64,000 nt of DNA, taken from the NCBI RefSeq assembly GCF_006345805.1, contig NC_043005.1:60946001-61010000 (forward strand), in the 5' to 3' direction. The notes beneath the pieces are model-generated. The model did not search any database, was not told the DNA's origin, and saw only the letters and a list, made by a program, of their open reading frames with translations. This document shows positions 54,340 through 64,000 of this stretch, in pieces (within the stretch, counting starts at the first letter, position 1; the number at the start of each line of letters is the position of its first letter). The position numbers and the translations under genes were made by a program. Source of the DNA: Octopus sinensis. Its lineage: Eukaryota.

Positions 54340-55425
54340 GAACATAGAATACTTCTTTTCTGTAATACTATATGCTGGGACGATGGTTTTCGCATATTTC
54401 ATGAATGTGATGGTCATATTCTAGATAAATTTACGAAAAGAACTCTAAAATACCTTAAGTCAATTATTCCACAAAATCACTCTTACCACTCTTCTAAGTC
54501 GATGCTTAGATATTTACCTAGATCCAAAATATTTAAACCTCTACTATAAACCAAATGAGAAACTCTCTTTTATACATAAACAGTCCTGTCACCCCTATAA
54601 TGTTTAAAAACTTGCTAGCTGTCATCTTTAATAGGATATCAAAACTCTCCGCTTCAACGGAAATATTTCATAAGACAATCCTCCGCCCTGCACAATAACA
54701 ATGTCGTAAGTGTGGCTTCAAAGATAAGATGTATAACAACCCCTGAATCAAATATATGAAATCTAAAAATAGACTGAATTATAGACTTAATATTGTTATA
54801 CCACCACCATCCTTCTATCTAAATTTTATAACTAAATTTGACGAGAAATTCCTGGTTCTTTTAGATAAGCATTTCCTAGTAAGCCACAATTAGAGGACGA
54901 TCTTTAGTTGGCGCTCGATAAAAATATGATTCTACCTTCTGCCCCAGTATGAAAAACATTGTCACTCGCAAGCCTCACCAAGTGTCAATTCGCAGTTGTA
55001 AGTGTGAAAGTCCTGAAACTTTCCCACAAGGCGTGTACGACACACTCTGCTGTGTGTAAAACAGAGATCACAACAACACTTTATCAGAACGTAATTGACA
55101 ACAAAAATCACATCGGTTTATTCGAATGCGATTTCAAAAGACGTTATGAAACCACCAGCTTTTTTTCTGACAAATCGACATAAGTAGAGCCACAAACTTG
55201 GCTAGCCACGTATGGGGTTTGAAGATCAACTGCACACCATATACAACTCCGGAGAATTGCGGAGAAACCTATGCCATATGTAAATGTATATAAGATATGC
55301 AACTTATGCTTAGCTGAAGAATCGCACATTCTTTTTAGATCTTTTTTAGTATTCCGTTACACTACTTATTTCCAGATCCAAAAGTTTCAGAAAATACAAG
55401 CATATGGAAAAATTTCTTTTTTCAC
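54340..55425 (+). mobile_element. Decayed Penelope-like element ORF: RT trace plus GIY-YIG endonuclease and C-terminus
   Basis: CKCESPETFP (about CNCR.P..CPL.G.C), KNHIGLFECDFKRRY, TNLASHVWGLK, PYVNVYKICNLCLAEESHIL (CNLCL.EK..IL), RSK...KHMEKFL; upstream ICWDDGFRIF (about RYLDDCFII). Confidence 0.75.
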
Positions 55426-55784
55426 ACCGTGATTGCACTTCCCTCTCCGGATTGAACAGTTATCTCGCAGCCTTTAGACTCCTTTCCATTGTATTATTCT
55501 ATACAAGCTACTTTGCTTATAATTTCTACGGTCAAAGGATGCATAGCTCTATTTTTTCTTTCTTTTCTCTTTACGTTTTAATTCATTCTTTATCTTCTCA
55601 TCCCACATCTTGCATCAACCTAGAGTTCTGGTTATCAAATCGAACAAACCATGTGCCCAGAGCCTGGGATTGCTTGGAGTAACAAGACATGTAGTAAAAC
55701 CTGCCCAACCACGTATCACAATGGCCAGAAACTACTAGTAGCATTTATTTTAGTACAGTGTACATTATATATATATATATACAA

Positions 55785-55846
<62 letters not shown>

Positions 55847-56072
55847 TCGTGTGTAAATTACTATGTGTAAATCTCTCAACGAGAGACATTCGATAACAGT
55901 ACTCTAGAGTAAAGATTATCTGCCAACATAACGTAGCAGTCCTGGCTAAGACAAAAGTTACACTCTATTTAGTCCCAGGAAACATTGTCTCCACCTGGTT
56001 ATACGACACTATCTGTGCCCTATATCTTCGAACAGGGGAATTTAGCAGCACCAGCTCTAGCCGAACAGTTAT

Positions 56073-56117
56073 TCTGTGCTGATGAAGGAAAATACCCCAG
56101 AAATCGCAATGCAGAGA
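56073..56117 (+). ncRNA. Decayed type I hammerhead relic downstream of the Penelope ORF
   Basis: Exact CTGATGA at 56079-56085; damaged stem II AGG..CCCC; GAAAT-cgca-AT; H17 is G; stem I TCTGTG/CAGAGA 5 of 6 pairs. Confidence 0.4.
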
Positions 56118-56949
56118 TATTGCTTTGTGATGAATTTTCGAGTTGTTCATTGCGATTATTTCAGTCGCCTCATCAAAATTATGTTTGCAAAATTATTAAT
56201 GTAATTAACGCTTCTTGCCAAATGAAGTTGTTGAAAACCCTGCATAGATTACTTATATCGATATATTTATTATCTATTTATGTTGAATATACACCCCTTG
56301 ATTGTTTTTCTGTATTCCATTGTTTCTGTTATTTACATCATTAGTTAGTTCTATTATTTACATCGACCACTCCCGTAAACTTTGCAACGAGAATACATTT
56401 GAATATGTCACGAGGAACATCCACTTATAAACAACGCTATGAATATAAAACGATTTAGAAAACATAAGTTCAAAGTACAGTTGTCAGGTTTGCATACATT
56501 GAAATTTTATAAATATAGAAAAAACTTTTATTTATATGTAACGATAAATTGTTTCATATATATTTTATTTCCTTTCAAAGTCATACTGATTCTTACTCTC
56601 CATTTTATCTCTCATACACTGGTGAATATCAAGGAAGACCTAAATACTGAACCATTACTCTGACATTGTTCGAGTAAACATTTAATCGAAGTATATGAAG
56701 ACCGACTACGGGCAGTAAGATACGAAGTTCTTACATTCTCTAGATTTCCTGTAATCCAGATTTTCTCATGGTCCGAACGTTCAAGTTTACTCATTTTCAT
56801 AAATATTCTTTACACCTTTCTTCATCAATGAGCATAGGTCTAAGTGCATATTACGCTCATTTGGGGGAATTAATATGATTGTAAGAATATATTACATTCT
56901 TGAACGGCAATCCTGCTATTTTACCTTTTTAGTTTCCTTTGCTTTCTCT

Positions 56950-57174
56950 CTTTACTCTTTTATACTTTTACTTGTTTCAGTCATTTGACTGCAGCCATGC
57001 TGGAGCACCGCCTTTAGTCGAGCAAATTGACCCCAGGACTTATTCTTTGCAAGCCCAGTACTTAATCTATCGGTCTCTTTTACCGAACCACTAAGTTACG
57101 GGGAAGTAAACACACCAGCATCGGTTGTCAAGCGGATCTGGAGGGACAAACACAGACACACAAACACAGACACA

Positions 57175-57226
<52 letters not shown>

Positions 57227-57397
57227 CATATACATATATACGATGGGCTTCTTTCAGTTTCTGTATACCAAATCCAGTCACAAGGCTTTGGTCGGCCCGA
57301 GGCTATAGTAGAAAAGACTTGCTCAAGGTGTCACGCAGTGGGACTGAACCCAGCACCATGTGGTTGGTAAGCAAGCTACTTACCACAAAGCCACTCA
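56950..57397 (-). mobile_element. Full-length SINE family A with internal (CA)n(TA)n
   Basis: rc of family A from ACTTGTTTCAGTCATTTGACTGCAGCCATGCTGGAGCACCGCC to AGCAAGCTACTTACCAC.AAGCCACTC. Confidence 0.92.
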
Positions 57398-58047
57398 TTC
57401 ATATTATTTTGTTATTTTTATACCTTTCTTTGACTGGATAGTGGACCTATACAATAAATCCAAGTACACCACCACATATGTCTATGCGTGAGTGTATTTG
57501 TACGTGTGTATATGTGTGCGTGCGTGTGCGAGTGCGTGTGGTGTGCGCGATAGTGCGTACTCGCGGGTACTTATGTGTGTGTACATATACTTGTATATAA
57601 CAAAATTATAGATAAAAGATTGAGGTTAGAATGCTCTTTGGAATTATCGAATTTACAAAATCATAAACTGAAAATAAATAGACAACTGTGACCTCTACTG
57701 AACATATGCAAAAGAAAGTCTGAATCATATCAAAGATAGAATGAGAAAAGGAACGAAATGAAGAAACGAAGCAATACATTTCCTGGGGGACTTTCGAGAT
57801 AGAATTTATTTTATATATTGTGGATGAGTTTTTCGTTATTGCTTCTTTTCCAACTTTTTCTAGATTCTTTTCATCATGAAACTGCCGATGCCGTGTGCCT
57901 ATTCATTTGAACAATTGTACACTTCAATCTATTAAATATGATGTTACTTGAAAAAATCTATAAAGTTTAGTGATAAAATAATTAGGATTTTCTTAATTTT
58001 AGCCTTGGTGGTTCGTTTTTTTTTATATAATATATTCATGTTGAAAG

Positions 58048-58222
58048 AAGTGAGCTGTAAAAACCATTAGCACGCCGGGCAAAATATTTACGTTCTGAGT
58101 TCAAACTCAGCCGAGGTCTACTTTATCTTACAGCCTCTTGGGGTCGATAAAATAAGTATGACGTAAGCACTGGAATCGATTCCCCCGAACTACTGGGCTT
58201 GTGCCAAAAATTGAAGCTAATT
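58048..58222 (+). mobile_element. SINE family B
   Basis: TTAGCACGCCGGGCAAAAT...TACGTTCTGAGTTCAAACTCAGCCGAGGTC...GGGCTTGTGCCAAAAATTGAA. Confidence 0.8.
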
Positions 58223-58429
58223 TAGTATATTCATGTAATACAGACTTTGGTTTATTTATTTAGGTTAATGAGTTTGGTATCAATGGTGGCTGTTAATTGT
58301 TGTAGGGTATCAAATTAAAAAGAAAAAAATGAAATTCGGTTGATTTTATTATTTGAGTTCAGGGAAACCGCTTGATATATCAGCCAAGCATTTGGTCACG
58401 AGACCTTAACAGTCGTTCGTCTCAACATA

Positions 58430-58680
58430 AGTGACAGAAATTTCGAGACATCAGAGGCTTACAGCTAACGAATAACATACGACTTTCTGAAACTAGCAAC
58501 GACAAACCCTGAGCCAATATTAAAGCATATCGAAGGCAAAAACCTCGAGGGCTTACAGAAGATTCAAAGACTTATGATTATTTAATACCCTGCCAAAACA
58601 CTTGAAAAATATACGTGGAGATGGGTAGATCTTTTCAGGAAACAACTTGATCTCCTACTCTCCAAGGCCCCAGATGAAAC
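58430..58680 (+). mobile_element. Decayed CR1-type LINE 3' remnant
   Basis: FNTLPKHLKNI...VDLFRKQLDLLLSKAPDE pattern. Confidence 0.55.
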
Positions 58681-58853
58681 TACATCTATCTATATATATT
58701 ATGTAGATGTACTTGCATACCAAGTGACTTGATTTGAGATCATGTGTTGAAACAGAAACAATTGCAGCGTGGAAGGTGTTAAAACATAAAAATCCGTTAA
58801 ATTCAGTTCAACATTTAAATTAAATTGTTGTCAACATATTTTCGTCGCTTAAA

Positions 58854-58854
<1 letters not shown>

Positions 58855-58946
<92 letters not shown>

Positions 58947-58990
58947 AATGATGACGATGATGATGATAATAATAATAATGATTATTATTA
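58855..58990. repeat. Compound (AAT)n-(GAT)n-(AAT)n array
   Basis: Directly visible. Confidence 0.95.
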
Positions 58991-59597
58991 TCATTAATAT
59001 TTAGCAGACGTATGAGAGTGACGCAAGGCCGGAGTGTTTTGTGCGTTGGCAGATATCAAAGTGTTAACGTACAAAGCTCTCGGGCCTTCAGTCATTCTGT
59101 TATTTATCCTAAATATTAATAAAAATATACATATACTCATATTATGTGTTGTATTTCTATATTTGCATCAGTATACTTGTTTGTGTGTGCGTATCAGAGT
59201 GTGTGTGAGTGTATGTATACCTCGTCACATACATACATTTTGTCGATTAATAGTATCGGACTTTGTAACAATGATGGCGATTCACTATTTTTATGGTTCT
59301 AGTTGAGCAAAGCAACACCAGTAACATTTTAACTAGTACTGATTCGGTCAATGACATTTTAACTAGTAGTAATTCGGTGAACGTCTCTTGCACAACCATC
59401 CGACATAAAATAAACACCCGCACCAGTTGCCAAACAGTGATGGAGAGCAAGCAAAAGCACAAACAGAAATGTATACACTCACAATCAGACATATATGTAT
59501 TTGTGTGTGTATACACACTCACACATACACATACACACACACAAATACATATATATGTATATACATATACATATATACATATACATACGTACACACG

Positions 59598-59670
<73 letters not shown>

Positions 59671-59710
59671 TATGTATACATATATTGATACATACACGAG
59701 GTAATACATA

Positions 59711-59745
<35 letters not shown>

Positions 59746-60138
59746 GTATATATGTATACATACATACATGTATAAAATAATATATATGTACGTGTATATA
59801 CACAAATGTTCATGCATGTGATACACACACACAAACATGTTCACACTCACATACAAACACATATATATGTGGGGACTATGTATATGCACATCATACATTG
59901 TAAGAGAGAGTGATAAAAGAATAAGAGAAACGAGAATACTATAAAACAGTAATATCTTGAAAAGGAAAGATATATTTACATAAAACATCTGAGGAGAAAC
60001 AGACATCCATTAATGCTTCCATATCATTATATTTACTCATGTAAGATATCAATACAGATATTCACATGTGCGGAACATCTACTTCTCAAAAACACAGATA
60101 TACATATGCATGTATACATACATACACGCATATATACA

Positions 60139-60194
<56 letters not shown>

Positions 60195-60244
60195 TTTAGA
60201 TATATGCATAGACATATATATTATATACATATATACATATGTAT

Positions 60245-60309
<65 letters not shown>

Positions 60310-60628
60310 CGTTGGCACTCCGTCTCTTACGACGATGAGGGTTCCAGTTGATCCGATCCACTCCACAGACACATATACCCGTAACGAGTTATCGGGAATA
60401 TTCAGCGTAACACAGAGTGTGACAAGGCTGGCCCTTCGAATTACAGGCACAACAGAAATAGGAAGTAAGAGTGAGAGAAAGTTGTGGTGAAGGAGTACAG
60501 CAGGGTCGTGACCAACCCCTGCCAGAGCCTCGTGGAGCATTTTAGGAGTTTTCGCTCAATAAAGACTTACATTACCCGGTCTGCGAATCGAAACCGCGAT
60601 CCTATGACCGCGAGTCATTGCGCCTCCA
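60310..60628 (-). mobile_element. SINE family D, internally deleted copy
   Basis: rc match to 17360-17743 from TGGAGGCGCAATG head to CCCTCATCGTCGTAA..GACGGAGTGCC tail. Confidence 0.88.
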
Positions 60629-61016
60629 GCGTATATATGTGTGTTTGTGTGTATGTATGCGTGTGTGTATGTATGTGTGTGTTTGTGTGTGTGTGTATGT
60701 ATGCGTGTGTGTATGTGTGTGTTTGTGTGTGTGTGTATGTATGCGTGTGTATATGTATGTGTGTGTGTGTATGTATGTGTGTGCGAGTGCGTGTACATAC
60801 CTGTACGTATAAATTTATATTTAATTTTGGGGTTCTTAACGTAACGAAAAACTTTTAGATTTTTATCTTCCTAAACATTTTCCCTCTTTAGTTTTTCCTC
60901 GTGTGTACATGCACGCATGCACACAACCACACGCGTATACACACACACAAAACACACACAGACACATGTATGTGTGTGTGTATATATATATATATATTAT
61001 ATATAATATATATATA

Positions 61017-61078
<62 letters not shown>

Positions 61079-61209
61079 CACACGTGTATTTGCGCTTCTG
61101 TATATATATATACATACAGAGAGAGAGAGACAGATAGACAGAGAGAGACAGACAGATAGAGACGGAGAGACAGGCAGGTAGAGAGATGCACATATCATGA
61201 AACCTTACT

Positions 61210-61600
61210 GTGCGTGGCTGGGTAGTAAGAAGCTTGCTTCACAACAACATGGTTCTGGGTTCAGTCCCACTGCGTGGCATCTTGGGCGAGTGTCTTCTGC
61301 TATAGCCTTGGGCCGACGAAAACCTTGTGAGTGTATTTGGTAGACGGAAACTGAAAGAAGATAGTCGTATATATATATGTGTGTGTGTGTGTTTATTTGT
61401 GTGCATTTGTGAGAATGTTTGTCTCCACCACTACCATCGCCTGACAACCAATGGTGGTGTGTTTACGTTTGCGTTATCTAGCAGTTAGGCACAAGATACC
61501 GATAGAATAAGTACAGGCTTAGAAAGAACAAGTTCTGGGACCGATTTCTTCGACTAAAAATTCGTTTTTTCGACAAATGACTGAAACAAGTAAAGGAATT
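61210..61600 (+). mobile_element. SINE family A
   Basis: GGTTCAGTCCCACTGCGTGGCATCTTGGGC...GGTAGACGGAAACTGAAAGAAG...CAAATGACTGAAACAAGT. Confidence 0.9.
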
Positions 61601-62639
61601 AAAGAAGAAAAGAATCACTCGTCGCAAATACCGAGAGGATAATTTCTCGTTCTTTGATATAGTATGAAATCTAGATTAATGTTTTAAATATACTCTTTTT
61701 ACATGCATTTCGCATGTTTCTTAAGGAGATATCATTGGCAATATCAATGCACACCAAAATTTTTCAAATTATGACGCATATATCAACAACCCTTTTAAAC
61801 ACTTAAAGACATTGTTAGACTCTAATTATTAGGTTGTTTGTCTAACTGATACATCAATCTACTTAATCGGAGTAATATTCTCAAGATATCAAATGGTTTC
61901 TTGGCCTCACCAGATTCAAGTCGTTGATTTGAATGATTCTCAAACTTCACAAGAGATGCTGCTCTAGCATCAAATCGAAGACACATTTCTAGGCGAAGAT
62001 CCATAATCGTGTGGTGTATCCGATACGCACACACACACCCATATATATACATATATGTATATATATGCTTTCGGTGCGTATGACTTTTTATGCAGCGACG
62101 AGTTTACAATTCTGTAAATAATAATAATGGTATTTATATATAAGCTTAAAGCGTATGGCTGTGTGCATACATAATATTTATACATAGATATTATATATTT
62201 ATGTATGTCATTCACTGGTTTCTAACGTAGATCCAAGGATCCTACATTGGAATTTCAACATCAAGAACAGGGTATGTATGTAGGTATGTATGTATGTAGG
62301 TATGTATGTATGTATGTATGTATGTATGTATGTATGTATGAATGTATGTATGTATGTATGTATGTATGTATGTATGTATGTACGTATGTATGTGTGTATG
62401 AGAATATGGCAGGGTACATTTCGCATCTTAAGGTCTCCATTAATATTATTCTCTAAATTGTATAATACTTAGGGCTGTAATGGCTAAGAGTAAATATCCT
62501 TTTAATAGGCGTTGGAAGCAGTTTCGCCAGAATGACTGATTCTGCAATATATATTTAACACGTTTAGATAGCAACAATTTGAATTTCTATGCTAGGTTCA
62601 ATATCTGAAATTGTTTCCTCCGGGAAAAATATACATACA

Positions 62640-62681
<42 letters not shown>

Positions 62682-62741
62682 TGTGTGTGCGCGCGTGTGT
62701 GTGTATACATTCATGCATACATACATATATACATGCATGCA

Positions 62742-62950
62742 TACTTGTTTCAGTCATTATACTGCGGCCATGTTGGGGCTATAACTTGATTGCTTTAGGC
62801 AAATAAATTGACCACACTACATTTTTAAGCCTGGTACCTATCGCATCTGTTTTTGCTAAGTTACGGGAACGCATACAAACCAACACAGTTTGTGTGGACA
62901 AGCATCTATACAAACAGGCATCATAGATATGTACATATATCTCTTTATCT

Positions 62951-62995
<45 letters not shown>

Positions 62996-63195
62996 GTATG
63001 TATGTATGTAAGTATGTATGTATGTATGTATATGAACGGCTTCTCAGAGTTTCCATCAACTAAGTCCTCTGACAAGGATTTGGTCTGGTCGGGTTCAGCT
63101 AAAGTGGAAGGTACCTGCCCGTAGAACCACGCAGTTGGACTGAGCCCAAACCCACGCCGTTGAGAAACAAATTTCTTCTCACAAAGCCACGTCGG
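62742..63195 (-). mobile_element. SINE family A, diverged
   Basis: ACTTGTTTCAGTCATT...ACTGCGGCCATG tail rc to CCACGCAGT.GGACTGAGCCC...CACAAAGCCAC head rc. Confidence 0.85.
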
Positions 63196-64000
63196 CACTG
63201 TGATTGTGTGTGTCGTGTGTGTGTGTTTGCTTGTGAATGTGTGTTTGTGACTTTGTGTGTAAGTGTCTTTCAATTTTGAAGTGAAGCTAAAATTTTAGAA
63301 TGGGTTAATATTGATTAATAATTTGAGTAAGTCAATGACTTGCATAGTCGCTAGAGCCTTGCATGAAATACTCTACTTTATTTGTTGAGGCTTTTCCCAG
63401 TGTTTTCAAACCCCACCAATAAAGGAGATATGAGCTCGAGTAAGAGATTGTTGATAATATTAGACTGTAGTACGAGATGTCTTAAGTTATCGGTTCCTGG
63501 TTAGATATGTTCTGACTATATGACCTTCAATAAAAAAGGAATCTGAAACCCATGAAACTGGCAGATGTAATGTTAAACTTTAACCGTGAAATAGCTGCAG
63601 GAAAAAAATTGACAAAAATAAACACATGAGAGAATCGACCGTAAGTTTGGTGGGGCTGGCTTTAGTAGTTACTGAGGGACGTGAGCGTGAACAAAATGTG
63701 AATTACTTTTTAAAAAATAATTATGAGTGTGCCTGCGCAAGATATGGAACAAATATTGCCCGCGTCCAGGCGCTGAGATTGCGATAGTTGTAGGAGAAAA
63801 AGTACGATGGAAGCTTCATGATAGATTATATTTGGAAATAACTTTACACAAATTATTCGGTTAGACTTTTCTGGTTGAGATATAACATGTATGTATGTAT
63901 GTGATGCAACGAAGCATAATATCGTAGATTTACCGTTACTGAATTCCGTGTACAAACTTATGCTGAATATGCGTTCAGATATACTTACATTAAACATATT

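Noticed and set aside
61822-62052. 76-aa minus ORF (MDLRLEMCLRF...)
   Set aside because: No recognisable homology; the plus strand has a faint WP.SPD trace suggesting decayed Tc1/mariner sequence, too weak to call either way.

Overview
AT-rich, extremely microsatellite- and SINE-dense eukaryotic DNA. The SINE families, TA/CA/TACA/TAA arrays and LINE types look like an octopus (coleoid cephalopod) genome; this is inference from repeat recognition, not from a search. I cannot support any complete host protein-coding gene, and nearly all ORF-track entries are translated microsatellites. Real coding-derived sequence is confined to decayed transposons: CR1-type LINE ends, a Tx1/L1 3' end, three Dong/R4 (restriction-like endonuclease) LINE pieces of which two sit at (TAA)n, a Penelope RT/GIY-YIG remnant, a mariner transposase half and a probable Gypsy integrase remnant. 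There are also two complete non-autonomous Helitrons, two TA-flanked MITEs and about 20 tRNA-derived SINE copies of four families (my labels A-D). The most interesting signal is a set of seven minimal type I hammerhead-ribozyme folds read directly from the sequence (20417, 30550, 39503 minus, 42406, 50878, 51087, 56073). They include a direct tandem pair whose cleavage sites lie 209 nt apart (retrozyme/Penelope-pLTR-like architecture) and two copies sharing a non-canonical CUGU(A/G)GA core with compensatory stem changes. Every copy here carries at least one deviation from the canonical core, so activity is unproven.
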